A stretch of DNA of 64,000 nt from Antedon mediterranea. Its lineage: Eukaryota; Animalia; Echinodermata. A program made the position numbers and the translations under genes. Within the stretch, counting starts at the first letter, position 1. Each line of letters begins with the position of its first letter. Location: NCBI RefSeq assembly GCF_964355755.1, contig NC_092676.1, positions 27,980,871-28,044,870 of the forward strand, given 5' to 3'. Shown here in pieces: positions 34,911 through 50,738 of the stretch. The notes below the pieces were generated by a model. It searched no databases. It worked only from the letters and a program-made list of their open reading frames with translations, and was not told the DNA's origin.

Positions 34911-37900
34911 AATAAAATATTGTTAAATACTTTAGAAACAATGTAAAAATAATCATCGATCAATATACCCACAGAAGTCACGCTCAGTAAATAATACATT
35001 CTGTCATTTTATCAAACAGAAACATATCAGAGATAAACAGAATATGTAATCATTTCCCATTTCGCCGTTGGCCAAGGAAAGATTACACCCTCATATACGG
35101 AAAAAGCAAGGTGTTTTAGAAACTGATATTAGGTTTATGGCAATCAGTTTTACAAAATGGTGGGGCTTCGCTATGCCGTGGGTATGAAGGGCGGTCAGAT
35201 CAGACGAACAGTCGCGTACGGGTGAGGCTAGATTAATAAGCTCCAACCGGGTAAGATAGTCTCTGTTACAAAAGTGCAGAATCAAAATGAAGAGGAAAAA
35301 ACATATAGTGTAATCTTTTATTAGAACGAAAAATCGCACGAACGCAAAGTAGGCCTTCTACAATGTGATGTTAACATCTATGGTTCCTACTGCGCAACGC
35401 AACGACGTAGTTGCGCAACGCAAATGAGTTGAACAATTACAAGCGAAAATTACTTCTGATCCATCGCGTCGTGCATGATAAAATTACGATCTTGCGTTGC
35501 GAACAAATATTTAAACGTTTAAACCAGATTTCTATCACATTTTAGTTTTTCTCGGACGGTATGGTCAATGATGTCTTATCACGCATGTGCACCTTGTACC
35601 GGTAGTATGGCTCTTATTTACTAGATTTTAAAGGTTAATTTAACTCACAAGTGTCACTGAAGAGAGACGTACGTTAGTCATACCTGATTCAAAGTCCCCG
35701 GAAAGAGAGCATGTCAACACGACTGAGGAGGCTACAACTAAATCTAAACTAGGGATCGTTCCAACCCAAACGAATTGTAAACTTGAAAATATGCATAATT
35801 CATTCCGGAAATTTTGAAAATTTTAGGGAAATTTACTAAATTCAAAACGATTTCGAGTAAATTGTATGTTTTTATAAGAGTTGATGACGGATTTTAAACT
35901 ATTTGCATATCAACGTTCATGGTCGATACACATCATTGCAAAGTGTTAAACAGGTTTACGCAATCGGTTATTTTGGTCGAGCCATCTTCAATTTGTTATG
36001 AGGCATGTTAGATATTATTCCTGCTCTGACCGAAGTTTTACCACAGTAAGACGTGCTTTTTCTATTTAGTTGTATTTTATGTTACATTAACATTTCTCAA
36101 CGATAAAACAATCTGTCAAAATCCAACGAATAATCGTAAATTAAACACAATTTACAGAATATCATTCTATAATATTTAAATGTTAAATATCTCCAAGATA
36201 TATCAAATGGAAAAAATATATTTTCAAGCAATATTTCGTACAATACGTTTTTATATTGGAAATTAAGTAAATATGCTTACGCCTGTTTTAATAATTAAAT
36301 AGGCCTAAATAGAATGATTTTTTAGACGATACAAGCTTTTTTCCGTACTAAAATAAAGTATTCAATAATTATTATATTGTAGTACGATGTCAATCATTGA
36401 TCAACAAATCGCTCCATGTTATGTTGTTGCTGCAATTTTAATTTCAATTTAATTTTATTTCCACAATATAATAACATACATACAGGATAATAAATGCAAT
36501 GAAGTAATCATGTGGGGGGAGAGTCATATAAGTCAGAAAGACTTTAAGTTTGACCCATTCCAAGATATAACATTAAATACGAATACTGCAGTAATAATGC
36601 AGTACACTATGTACACTTTTAACGAATGTCTTCAAATATTAGGACAAGTTATGTTTAAGGTAAAAGTAAGTTTCTAGGTTGATATAATTTTACCACTGGT
36701 TTACTTTGATTAACTGCACGTCATCAGCAGGTTTGTGGTCCGACTTGTACTTATCTGATTTATTAATACAAAGTACATAATAAAATATAGACACACACTC
36801 TCCTGTCAAGGCCTAAGTTTAAGAAACCGAAAAAAATTATTTATGATCACACTTACTCTATTTACCGATATATTGAAGTGGTTACGAAAGCTATTAAAGG
36901 TTAACATCTTAAAGAACTACCGTGCTTATAAATATCAGTTTATCAGTTAAATAAAGTTTCATTTATAAGATTTTAACACACTTTTGTATAAGATTTACCA
37001 TCGAATCGTGGAATTCTTGATTTGTTTTCGTCTGTGACAAAAATGGTAACACAAGTTTTGGAAAGTTTTTATGTTGATCAAAATGTCACTGTCTTGAGGA
37101 AACTTCTGGTTTTGTTATCTCGATGTGTATGTTCAGTCTCTAGTTGAAATATAGGCCTTAATAAAAACTTTGCCCCACGAAGTCAGTCCCCGGGGCCTTA
37201 CAAGCTTCCGCCCTATTCGCTCTATCAGCTGCTTTATACTTATCCCTAGCGATGACTTAAAACCAAATGAGAACGCTCCACATTTGTCTTATATTTGTAA
37301 ACTTTCTCGGTGACTCGTTAATTCTCTTACTGACACCTCGACGAAGTGTTCCGCAATTAATAACACATGATGTTAAAATATCCTTTAGGTTCACTTGATG
37401 TGTTATGGAATTATTTTTATGTGTGTGTTGTGATTGTATAAATCCACTGTTGATTGGAAATATATCAGTTGATAGGTACCTTTCTTAAAATCAATAGCTA
37501 ACAATATTATATCTAGAAAAATTGCCATTAAAATGTGAAGAATTTGAAAATTATTCACTTTTAATTTATGATTCATGATTCAATATGTAAAGTTTTACTT
37601 TTGATATAGACTTCATTCAGTTTTTCCAAAACTAACGTTAAAAAATGTGAATTAACTATTTTGTGTTAATTAATAAAACTATGACTATGTACCTGTAGCA
37701 AGTCATCATGCTGCCCTTTACGGCTAACATGTGTAGAAAGCTATAGTATTGCAATGCTTTAAACGTAACGATGTTAAACTTGTTTTGACGATTTAAAAGT
37801 CCCGTATCACTCACATGTCCTGAGGCGAAAAGCGCGCGGCTTGCATATGACTTCGTCTTGCACACTTCCGAAGGGAAAAAAATCATTTTGAAATAAACTC

Positions 37901-39173
37901 CCTAGAAAGAAGCTTATTCGTGCCCTAAGGCAATGCGAGCGGATATAGCGTTGAGCTCCGGCTCTCGCGGGTTATGCCAAACCTACTTAGTTTTAATCCC
38001 ACAACTCAAGTCAAAAACAGCCAACAACACACGCAATGTATGACGTAATTTACAGTCAGATTTTGAGACGTTTCATCTAATTTTGTTTACACTTCCTATT
38101 ATTATACTTTAGACTAATTAATACGGTTGTAAATACACACAAATAAACAGTTGGATTTATTTATTAAATCTCGACGCCCTCTACTTGAACTTTATAAAGT
38201 GTAATTCACACTGACATTTCGAAAACAAATGGCGAAATGTGTCGCGCGCGTAATAAGCTGCAGACGACACATTAAAAAATACCTTCTTCACTCTTTATCA
38301 AACACAATACATTGTAAACTGAATCAACTTTTGGTTGAATTTTAAATGATAAACTTAATTTAAAGAAACTATAGTCTTATATATTTTTTTTAAATAAGAT
38401 TTAAAAATCTAATAGTTTCCATTTTTTAAAGCTAAATGATCGTTAAGACTATAACTACTGTATTATCAGGGAGTACAACTCCAAGTAAAAACACTTTTAT
38501 TTTTTTCTCACGCCTATTTTACAATGACTGAACTTGGTGATATATTTAGTATTACACCTGTCTTATTAAAATAAAAAAGTGTCTTTTGTTTGGACAAAAG
38601 AATCGAGATTTCCCGTCAAAACTTCCAATTTTTCAAGGTCAAGTCATGTTCTAGGTTTGACAAGACTACGACTGGTGGACGGAAGGATCGCACTCTGATC
38701 CGCCAATAACAGGATACGATATCCGAACATTTAACTCTTAATATGCCTACATGTTCCCAAAACCTCTTTGTTTCGTTAACTTTAATGACAAAAGCCTTTG
38801 TGTCCCGAAATAAGTATTCTGGATGTTATTAAGTGTCTAAATAAAGAAGGTTCTTAATTGATGAGAGAAAAATAGATTTTGAGTACCGTTATGACGTCAC
38901 TGGCTGTTTGTATCATATCTGTTGACTTAAGACCGGAAAAATTAAAACTTGCTTAAATCTTTTACAAGGCGTTTGAAGATGGGTATATGACATCAATAAA
39001 ACTAATTGAAATTCCTTATTTGCTTTAAACATTCATAGCAATTGAAATAGTTTGTGTATAATGTAAATAAGTTATTAATTCATTAATCGAATAGTGGATG
39101 TATTGTACTTTAATACATCAATTAGTTCATGCATTGTGTTCGTATTGTATATTTTAATTTAAATAAGATATAT

Positions 39174-39194
39174 CATGGAGAATAATTCTCCATG
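39174..39194. mobile_element. 21-bp palindromic micro-MITE CATGGAG...CTCCATG with flanking direct repeat
   Basis: CATGGAGAAT-A-ATTCTCCATG; flanks GATATAT / GATATAC. Confidence 0.5.
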
Positions 39195-42100
39195 GATATA
39201 CATAGTTGTTTAATCGACTTGAAACTAAAATTTATAAATAATTAAGCATAACTATCCGACTTTCTTACAGTCCTACCGTATATATTTAAAATTAATAATT
39301 TCGATATATATGGTTAAGCAATGCAATTCGAATTATTAAAAACAATTATAGGCATATTAATACAGTACATATATACACAGTGATTCAATAAAATATGATA
39401 TGTATAACGATACATTTAATCAAAATACATGTTTCATTTTAAATGTGTTAGAACACAATGTTATGAATTTCCTTACAAAGTTTAAATGACATTAAGCGAA
39501 AGTAATGATGTCAATATTAAATTTCAATTTAAAGTTATGAATCATGTATTTCATAGCTTAAAGTAAAACTTAAATATAATTTATTAACTTTCATATTATT
39601 CATAACAAAACATTTGTTAACATTCCCATGCATCGCCCTATATTTCCTCTGCGTCATCTTATCAACGCGCTTGAGGTTTACGCGCTCGAAGTTTACGCGC
39701 ATTGGGAGGATTCTGGTTAATGTTTTAATTAGCATCCCCGGGAAATCCAGGGTTTGTTGTACTTTCATTATGAAATGTGACGTCACCAACATGAATTAGT
39801 GTTTATTAGTGGATCGATATTCCCACATGGAATGGAAATGTAGGACAAAAGGCATACACAGATGCTTTCTTTTCCCGAAGAAACCTTTGCATACATCTTA
39901 GAAATATACGGTGTTACTAGCCCTCATTGATATCCGTTTGTTGAGACGAAAACATTTACGTCTGCAGGTGAACTATATATATCTATAGGAGGTTTATAAA
40001 GTTGGCATTAGGCCCTAATATGCCTATACATTTCTGCTAACTGTTCAAATACGGGACGAACAGAAACTTTATTAATTTACAGTCATACATGGAAACAAGT
40101 CAGATAAAAGCAAGAAAAAGGCGAAACTCCGCCCATGTATGTTATACAGTGATGAACAGAATATTAAAAATAAGATTTAAGTAAGTTTTCTATCTTCATC
40201 TTAAGACAGTAAGTCAAGGATAGCAGACTTTTCATCTGCTTTCTGGCTATAATTTCCGGATTAATTTTAAGTTTGTTTAAAACATTTATTTAAGTTACTT
40301 CAGTCTAGTTTTGTAGATAAAAATAGTCAAATCTTCAAAACATTTCATTAAATATCTATCGAAATCGAACCGAATATAATACAATTGTATACTATCGGTA
40401 ATATATTTAAATATTGCATTGACTCAATGTCATGTTCTCATAATTTCAGATATCGGTAATAATAAAAAAAAATCTAACAGGATTGACCCCATGAATAATA
40501 CATTTTTGAAAAATAACAGAAGATGAATATGACCGAGAATGAAACAAATATAACTCCTAAGAGACTCGAACCCCGGGCTTGCCTACACGTCTAATGTCAT
40601 ACCATTTTGACATTCAAGTCTCAATGGAGGCCAACTACTTTGAGATTTACCGGTAAATGACGATATTTATACCCTCTAAAAATATATATAATTTGTGTAT
40701 AAGTAGGCTTTGGATTATTTATAAAAAATTGCCATAAGGCCTAAGTACAGGATTTTGCATAGATCATCGATATTTTCAAAGTTTTAATAAATGTTCCGAG
40801 TTTTATATTATGTATAAATAATATTTTAATATGTACATTTTCAACGACCCAACATTATTAAGAAAGTAATCTACAACATACTTATTCATTTAATCTATAG
40901 GTCTATCTGAATAATGTTAATTTATTGTGTTTTAATGTGTAAATATAGTTGTATCCTACAATGTTTAAATCGGTCAATACATTTATAGGAAAACTTTATC
41001 TATCTTAAAACAAGTTTACCTAAAAAAAAATAATTAAGTATTGAATTAAAAATATATGATTCGTCGCATTCATATTTAACTTCTTTTTAAAAACCTTATA
41101 AAACGAATCGACTTTCCTAAAACGTTGTTGAGAAAAAGTATTTTCTGACCTAATGACCAATGTGAGAAAAAAAATATTTTTGTGAGGAGAAAAAAAAAAT
41201 GTTGCTTTCTGTAAAAGAAGCACATGCGTGTCGGTCGGAACTGAACAGACACAATTCACTCTTTGCTGTATATCGTTCTTCTGCAAAACATCTAATTCAA
41301 TTGGGAAATGCTAGTGTCATCATATTGGAATCGAGCCCAGATTTCAACAACCAGGAAGTTAGAGAGCTACAGATTTCAGCCTCGATGTATCTTTTCATCG
41401 CAAAGACAATCAAATATGTAAGTTCGAATAATCAAAGTGTATGAATACCATCACGGAATGATTGCCTCCTGTTTGTTGAAATTAATTTTGTCATTGAGAG
41501 CGTTTCATATTTGTTAAGCCTATAAATCTGTATTATAGTTTTGATTCGATGTTCTAATGTTAAGTAAACTTTCATTATGCCATAAACCTATCATTTACAA
41601 ATTTTAAATTACAGGAAAAACAGAATAGCATATAAATAGTGCATGATACCCAAATTATTTTGTTTATATTAAATGTTTACAATGAAAAAAACAAGTTTAT
41701 TTTCCTCAATTCCATAAAAATAGTAATTATTTCTTTTTCTAATGACAAAAAAATACTTAGTTTCAACATTTGGCATGGTTTACAGATGTTAAACAATTTG
41801 CTTAGGAATGTTGTTTTTGTATACTCATTATTGTTGTCGTGTTTGTGACGACAAGTGTACTGGGGCAACGCCCTTTTTGGTTGCATCACAAACGGTTGAA
41901 GGAAATGCAGAATTACCGTAGATCGTCTTAAATTAATATTACCTTGGTATTCGCAGGTTTTCTCTACTCGTCATGGTAAGATCGTTCGGAGGATGAAACA
42001 GTTCTACCGGAATAAGCATTGAAAATGCGAGTACTGCGTAACGTTTGTGGTATATCTCATTAGTTTGGCAATTAGCAAGAATCCACAGTTTTGTCGCGGT

Positions 42101-44130
42101 ACTTTTCAATGTGTTGCACTGAGCACGTTAATAGTTCATCATCGCGGTACGCAACGGAAGTTATTGGATACAAATACGGCCAGTGTTCTTTTTCATTTTG
42201 CCCTCAGGAAATAAGAAGCAAGATACATTCTTCACAGATATATTAATGATATTCTATCATTGATCAGAGCATGGAAAAATACGTTAGGAGTTAGAGTGGC
42301 TTTCATGATGATGTTGGAATGTTTCAGCGAGAGATTATTTTTAAAATAGCGAACACATTTGCAAAACATTATGGTGTTGAAATTAAATTGAAGTATCTTT
42401 AATTGTTATTGAATATTAAAACAATTACTGAACAAAAACAACTAATTACTACTAAAACACAATTCTCACTCTAAGAAAATGTTTAACGAATAATCATCAT
42501 TATTATCAATTACCCTCAACAGATGTTGTTGTGATAATCTAATTTAAAACAAGATATTTTTAAAGAATAATCAGTGTTCTGTATGAATTACAATGTTTGA
42601 AGATGGTAATCGCGTTCAACATGATATTTTTTTTAATACTTAAAAAAAACCAATCAAATAAAAATGCCTACTAAAGACGCTGTGATTTTATTCTGAAAAA
42701 CACTTTTCTTTGAGTTTCTAATTTTAGCCCTATTTGAATTTAATTGATAGCTTGAATTATATTTTAAAACGTGTAGTGACATCACAGTTGATGCGTAAAC
42801 AAGCACATCAACAGGTGGCGTGCAACACAAGAAACAGAACTGCGATCAATCCGCAGCAGCTGCTAGGAAGTAAACTTTCCAAAAAGCCCGCCATTTCCTG
42901 CTAGCATGGCTTCCCAAATCGTCTGCTTGCGTAGTTGTTTTTGCATTTCAAGGATACACGCATCACAATGACTTGACAAACAAAAGTCCATATTGTCATC
43001 GGAATCGAGGTCAGAAAGTTGTTATTTATTAGAATATTGAAATAATTATCTATTCATAGAAACCCATTTTTGTAAATAGTAATAATGCAAATTAGATAAA
43101 CGATGGATGTTGACCTGTTGATATTAAAAGTTAAACTGAAATTTTAAGTTATTTTCCCAAAAAATGCTGAATTCATCATCAGCAAAAAAAATCTTTACTT
43201 TTTTTCAGTTTAAATTTTAAAAAAACTCTTACTTTTTTTCTTTAGCATCATTGAAAAGAAAAAATCCACTTGCAATTTTGCTTTGTTTCAATTTATGTTG
43301 TTTCGTCTGAAAAAAATAAAAAGATATATAATTTAATATAAATAAAAATAAACACATCATGGAAGTAAAGCTCAACTTGGTGACAATTTACACCGTTAAA
43401 ATTCTATTTTTTTCGGAATATTTGTATTTTGGTGTCTTTATTAATTAATTCTGTTAATTTTTTCCTACTTTATTTATTCAAAATACATTCGTTGCAACAA
43501 GTTATAACTTGTGGCCAAATGTCAGATTTACAAGATAGATAAAAAGCAACAAAATAATAATATAATGTTAATAATGATGTTAAGAAGTGTCGTTTTATCT
43601 AAGATGTTTTTTTTTAACGAAAAGGAAACGATTTGTTAAATTGTATAAATATATTTAGCCTTTAACATTAAGTTAAAACATGACAGTTGTAAACGTTTGA
43701 CAAAGTTTGGAATCTGACAGAAGTATTGTTTATGTTTTGGTAGTACAACTTAGTTCATTGGGAAAGACTTAGAAATAGTTACAAGTTACAAGTATGAGTT
43801 CATTAACCTAAGCGTTAAGTAACTGTGGTAACATATTATTGTATCTTGATAATGATTAACATAGATAGCTTCTTCCCATGTGACACCGCTCCTTGACCTT
43901 TGACCTTTCAAAGGAAGTTCGATTTTTATTGAAAATTTACGAGTTGTGTGTGCAAAGAAAATGCACTGAAAGGAATGCTAAAAGATGATATGCGATGCGA
44001 TATCTTTCTTATCTTACTATAAATTATATTGAGTGTTTTTAAATTCTGAATAATGTATAGTAATTCTTCTACATAGATTGGAAACACTTTTTTGAAGAAA
44101 GGTTTTCTATTTCTGTGCTGTTTATGTATT

Positions 44131-44171
44131 GCACGCCAGGACTTGACACAGTTATGTCCGTCCTGGCGTGC
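44131..44171. other. Strong GC-rich hairpin (12-bp perfect stem plus inner 4-bp stem)
   Basis: GCACGCCAGGAC ttGACAcagttaTGTCc GTCCTGGCGTGC. Confidence 0.8.
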
Positions 44172-47100
44172 CATAGTTTGAAGAGTTAGGGTTATAATTA
44201 AGAAAAAAATACATTCTACAAAGTGAAGCAATAATATTATTTTCCTTTCCATTTTTAGACGATACAATTTTTTGAAGAACTGTTCCGCTGTTTTGAAAAA
44301 GAGAATTCGTTATCAGCCATGGCCTGGCCATTTAAACAAAGAAAGTCAAGCAAGTACGTGACTATAGTTGGACACGTCTAACCGAGCATGGTTCCGCGCA
44401 GGCGTTTCATGACTAGAAACAACTCTGGTTAAGTAAAGTGTTGAGAGATTTTCTTCCGAAACTAGCTAGCTTAATTATGCAAACTCATTCGCTGCATTTG
44501 CTACGAACTTCACCTTACCACCATAACTGCCAAAACCAGTTAGACTAAATGTTAAACGTATTTGTTTTTCGTCAAGGGAAAAAACTGATAAAAATAAACA
44601 TCTAAGCAAACAATAACGCTTATTTATGGTAGATTCTAAACGAGAATTCTTTAAAAATTCGTTCAAATCCAGACGGAGTACTGATATTACATAAATGTTA
44701 TATTTAAAATGAAATCAGAATGAAATAAATGCGTCAAGGTAATGATATTTATGTACTGACAGACGACTAAAATGATCCAATCAAACAATTCCGTTGAGAA
44801 TTGGTAGATAAAACATGGCAATTGCTTAAATTAACTTAGGTGACTGCTTGGAATGTAAAGATTAACACAAGTGTGTACAGTAGCTAAGTATTAATCAGTG
44901 ATAACCGTTGAGGGCGCTGCTCATATTTATTATAATATTCGTAATTTCATAATTTTTTAATGATGCCGACGTAAAATTACATAGAAATGTAGATATAGTA
45001 TAATGGTATGTATATATTTCAATCCATTTGCATTGATATACTTTTTATTTCAATTTCCAGATTGGAAAAATGAAGTTAATTTGTGAGATCGGTAATTTTA
45101 ATGTGTCCAACCGAATTGTCCACAATTAAAATAATTAAATAAAATATAAATATCCTCTGTATTTGTTTTTTCCCTATGCATGTATAAAATTAATTGACTG
45201 TTGTTTTTATTATTTCGCGGTTCAACTGAAGAGACATACTGTGAGGTATTTGTTACCAGATATGGAAGTTAACAACTAAACTACTGGGGCGTGACCAACG
45301 CAGACGATTTCTGATCCCAGTTGATATGTTATTGTTACATAGACCACCTCACTACCTCTTCCTAAGAATCTTTATAAGTGACCACCAGCTGAAGCAAAAA
45401 GTCCTTTACTAGAATACTATTACTATCGTTTGATCCTTAATAGTAGGTTAGAAAACAGAACTTGAAAGAATCGCCGCAAGTGCAGCACAACAGGGCTCCA
45501 TCAACTCAATTACGTAGCGTATGAACTGTTACCACTTTCGCGCCATGCTCTCGATCTTCTGCTCACTGCGCGTAGAAACATAATCGTTTCATAGTAATTT
45601 CACCGATGCTTTAGATGACAAGAAATAAGGCAGCCGTGCCTCGAATTAACTTACAAAAACACTAAATATTTGGATAGTTTGTGTGCAGATTTCTGATAAA
45701 CCTACAACTAGAGAAAAATGGTATTTTGTCCCTTATATGCATTTCTGTTGCGTACCAGTTGTTTGGTCCCATATGGTTTGAGGTTGATTGTCTTTCGAGA
45801 AAGCGGTATCGTGTAAATTGGTTGTCAGTCGTCGGAAAGATGATACCTTACAAGCAACAAAAAGCAAAAACATACAGAATTCTTATATGTTAGTTGTCAC
45901 CCATAATAACAATTTCCAGTTTGAAGTTACAGAATTCTCGTGCAAGCATTGAATTTCAACAGGATAATGTTTCTATTTCAATCCGTTTATTGTATGACAG
46001 CCCGGTGTTGGTATAAAATAAATGACGGATAGCAGACCTGTTGATATATAAAGCATAAGTACTTACAAATTGTGGTGGAATATGTCGGCATTAATAATGA
46101 TCAAAATCAGGTATAAAAAATGGTCCTGTAAAGTACCTTCTTACCCAACACAACACACAATTCCTACATCTAATATCTATATTTTATTCTATATAATCAT
46201 GGAGTAAAAAACTGGTTTAACAAAAAAAGAAACGGCAAAAAGCAACTTCCTGTTAGTTATGGCCTATACTGATGTAACACGGTTCCTTTACCATCATTTG
46301 ACGTTTTGGCAAATAACCATTTTTCTCATTATGACCATAAATATTGTACTATTACTGTACCAGGTACAGGATAAAACTCAAGACTAGTACGGTATGTCAG
46401 CAGTAAAATGGGTCAAAAATGCTTAGTATAAATGCATATATGGTGCGTCAACATTATTACGAAATAATTGAAAACTACCGTAACAAAAAAAAAAAGAAAT
46501 AAATTATTTTGTGTACATTTATACACCACATAACTTATCACATTTATGTATATTTATGTTATGTAATATGCCGTTAAAAAAGTAAATTCAATACAATTTT
46601 TAAACGAAAATCAAAATTCAACGAAACAACTTTAAATATCAAACCATGATGCTTTCCTTCATCAAAACCAGGTTTTTTTAAAATTAATAATAATAATAAT
46701 TATTATTTTACAACTCCATGATCAAACGTACTGACATAGATCAGAATGATAAGAACAGGAAAAGGCCAAATGTCAATGAAAGAATTTACTAATCATATGG
46801 CCTAAGTAAAATAAATAAATAAAAATTAAAATGTGTAAATCAGTAGTAATACATAACTTTTATTTTTAAAACTATAGCAGATATTGTGCTTAGAAATATT
46901 ATTATTTTATAAATAAATATTTTGTAAATAAAATAATTGATTTGCCTTTATTATTATTTTTTCTAATTATTTGGCCTCATACTTTCAACCGACAGTCACA
47001 GGCACTTGAAAAACAAATTAAAAAATCTTATCAAGTTGTTGACTGTGTGAAAATGTAGGCCTTTTGTTATCTTTTGTTATTGAATTGCTATTGAATTAAC

Positions 47101-47788
47101 ATTTCATTGATTAAGGTACAGTAATAATATGACAAATAATTTATTGTAGTAGGCCTATCCGTTACATAGGAAGTAAAAGTAAGGAAGTCGGGCGGGGAAT
47201 TCAAACGGTGGCGGCACTGGGTCTAAGGGTAATTAGCTCGTCTAACAACTACCGTGTTTCCTTTGTATCTCTAAGTTTTGATATATCAATTTGACCGTTT
47301 TATCTTATCATTTGAATGAAAAAGCACGACCGGCCTTCCTTCAATTTGTAATATAATTTTGAGGACGATCTTCTCTCAGGAACTTAACGATCTTTAACCC
47401 GTGTGAACCAAACCGTAATCTTCCTGAGACATATATCTTGTCATTACTGTTTTAAATACAACCATTATTATCTCTTGCTACATACAACCTATGATATTGA
47501 TTAAACTTTCCAAAATATTAGACAACTCACTGGCAGGACCATGTGCTCAAATCTTCTCAGAAATCCGGACGTTTATTTCAATAGCATTCAGCCGGAAGTT
47601 TATAGTTGTCAATATAATTATGCCATAGGTCTAAAAACATAGCTTCATATTAGAAATAATGTAGCCAAATAACTTGATTTGGATCATAGAGATTTATAGG
47701 AGGAGAATATCTCTATGTTTTAACGTAGGCTATAGCAATAATATTAAAATAGATAATTTAAGTTAGAGCAAAGGTTTTAAAGGTTTTA

Positions 47789-48096
47789 CCGTAATTATTC
47801 GAATAAACATCCCGCCACATGCATTATGCCTATATACAAACTATTTATATTTGTAGTAGAATTCATTGATTAACATGATCTACAATTTATCAAGCATTTT
47901 GATACAATTTTTATTATAATTTATCGCTCCTTGATATTAATTGTTTTGTGTTTTTTCATATCTAGGGGGAATTTATCATTTTGATTATACTAACATAATT
48001 ACACCCAAAAAAATAAACACCTTTCTCGAATAAAATCCTCTCTAAAAACCATCCTGGACAATAAACTCCACGAGGAGTTTATTCGAATGAATACGG
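47789..48096. mobile_element. 308-bp Tc1/mariner-pogo-type MITE with TA target-site duplication
   Basis: TA|CCGTAATTATTCGAATAAAC ... GTTTATTCGAATGAATACGG|TA (18/20 TIR match); internal copies of the AATAAA-containing TIR motif near 48027 and 48060. Confidence 0.85.
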
Positions 48097-49865
48097 TAAA
48101 ATAATAATAACACCAAAATAGGATGTTCTTCTAGTTAGAGGCTATAAGATATACTGCTAAGTACACCTAAAACATAAGTTTCACTATTTTACAAAACATA
48201 CTGATGGTAGATATCGGTTGCCCGAGTATTTTCTTTTTCTTAAAATGTGGTGTACTGAAACAAAGTAGATTCTTTAACAATAAATCATTCCCAAACCGGA
48301 GATAACCACCAGATTTCTAGGACATTTTTCTCTGAAAGCCACTAATCTCCAATGTTACCGTACACCGGTTTTAGGAGGGGGTTGTGGGCGGGGGTTTACA
48401 TCGGTACATGGGACGGTGTGTCATTCACCCTAGGTCAAGGTTAACTTCTGTTCTTAGAAATATTAAGCCATGTTTATTGTTTGCTTTTTGTGGTTTCTAT
48501 AAATAATGTTTTGATGTGACATTATTTCCATCTTTTGATTTCGTTTTATAATGTTAATTAATAAAAAACAAAGTACATGATTAAAATAAATGTGAATCAG
48601 TAATATTTGAAATTCAAATAATAAACAATAAGAGGCCTATACAACATAACTAATATAAGGACTTTAATATATTTTACGGTATTTCTATCTTGATTTTACC
48701 ATGCTGCATTTGATTTTAGCTTTTATCCAATGAATGCAGTTTTGATATTCTAAATCGAAATATTAAATTAAATAATACCACAAATGTAAACATAATTGTT
48801 CTCATTGTTTGTCAGTACAGTCTCATTTCAAGCCTTTTTAGCTGCTTATGAAGCAAAAATTAAATATTTATGCGTATTATATACATTTGTAATAAACTTT
48901 AAATACAGAATATGCGTAGTGTGTAATATAATATTTTTTTATGAAATTAAATGAATATTGGGTTGATTTAGTTGAAGAGACCACGAGAGTGGAGGAATTT
49001 ATCTTAAATGATAAAGTACAAGTTGAGGTATTTTATTTTGAGGACTTCCAATGAAAATATATCAGGGGTTTAATAAAAACAAACACTTTAATTTAAAATA
49101 AGTGTATTCATCTCCAATGACACTCTTACAGATATCCAACTGCTTTGGATACGAATGCACACGTTTTACCTTACACCATAACCAAATTCTGTTATTTTGC
49201 AATTTTCAGTTAACCTAATTTATAAACCAGTCTTCACATATAAGAAAATTTGTATAACATTTCAATTGAAATTGCCAAAAATTAAAAGGGAAATAAGAAT
49301 AATTCTTATATAAGTTTAAGCAATCAGATAAATTAATACTAAAGTGTCTCAATTGAATTATTGTATTAAATCAAGCATATAGTGAAAAGGATGTGAAAGA
49401 AAAATTATTTTTTACAATTATTCGTATCGTAAGTATGTAAGTTCTTGGTTTTATATAATACACTGCAGAAATTTTAATTGTCATTTTATACTGTATGTTA
49501 CTGAAAGTTTCGAATGAAATAAAAAGTAGGTTTCCACCAGCGAGGAAAAAGAAGCAAATGAATGAATAAAAAAACAATCTTAATTTTAATCTGTTTGAAA
49601 CCAGAAAATAAGACAAGAATATTTAGTAACTTACGCGAGCAGAACAACTCAAGCATGGTAATGTACGAATTCACTGTAATGTTTTGCTAAATATATAACG
49701 CAATAAAACTGACAACGAGATAACAAGTGTTCAGTTATGTCCGAAAGCATCGCCACTGACTTTCCTTGTATTTGCTAAGCAACAACATATCAATTGCTTT
49801 GACGAATTTAACCAACACAAAAAGAATTTAACAAACACAAAGAGAATTTCATTTCAAAAGAAATA

Positions 49866-49871
49866 TTTATT
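49866..49871 (-). terminator. Candidate polyadenylation signal AATAAA of Alx gene B
   Basis: AATAAA on the minus strand 1.1 kb after the stop, followed by U/GU-rich sequence (TTTGTGTTTGTT, TTTTTGTGTTGG). Confidence 0.35.
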
Positions 49872-50652
49872 GCTTAATATAAGGTTCAATTGTTTTCTAT
49901 CTACTTATTTACATGACGTAACTTTGTTCACCTTTTCTTACCTAAATACTTACAAGGCACATTTAAAAAACGTTTATATTAAACAACTTATTTTTATTTT
50001 TTTCAGTTAAAATCTTCAGAGCATTTTTAAGATGCACTGTCGCTGTGAAAAATATTTGTACAAGACAATGAATTGAATTTTTCTCATAACGAACAACATA
50101 AATTATCAACTTTCAACAAGAAAAAAGATCGTAATAAGCAGCTTTGTTGGTATTAAGCATTTAAATATTCAATTTTCAAGATCTATTTTTTCCATTGAAA
50201 GTTAACTTATCTATAAATACCATATCATTAATTCACATTTGATTGTTTAGTCGTATGAGTGGCACAGTTGTTAAGTAGTACATTATTCTAGACACTGTGT
50301 ACAACTTGCATGTTAAATAAACCTTATTTATTATTTCATTCCCACTATTTTAGTTCGTAGAATTTGACATAAAACATATTTCATTCAAATAATTAAAATA
50401 ATTATTTTTTCTTTCCCTTTTCCATTTTACTTTATATCAAAAATGGATGAATTCACAATTTAATTTATATCAACTTGAGCCATATTTAACGGTAGAAACT
50501 TAGTCGCATTATCTCTCAATTTGCATATTCATATCGTAAAATCGTATTGGTCCTTATAGTCTCAACGATCGTTTCAATATTATTTTAGTACATGTATAAT
50601 TTACTCTCATTTGTTTTTCTACAAATAACACAAACAAATTAGCATTGTCAAC

Positions 50653-50738
50653 TTGGATTTGACTCAATACAAGACCAAACCAACACGTGTTGATTGCCAA
50701 ATTACATTTTGGATTTGACTCAATACAAGACTAAAACC
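50653..50738. repeat. Direct repeat TTGGATTTGACTCAATACAAGAC x2 in the putative 3'UTR of gene B
   Basis: Copies at about 50653 and 50709. Confidence 0.85.

Noticed and set aside
29650-49800. A third Alx gene or pseudogene in the intergenic spacer
   Set aside because: No homeobox, YEMPIAPRP or OAR-like translation was noticed in the ORF track or by eye; a degraded relic cannot be excluded without tblastn.
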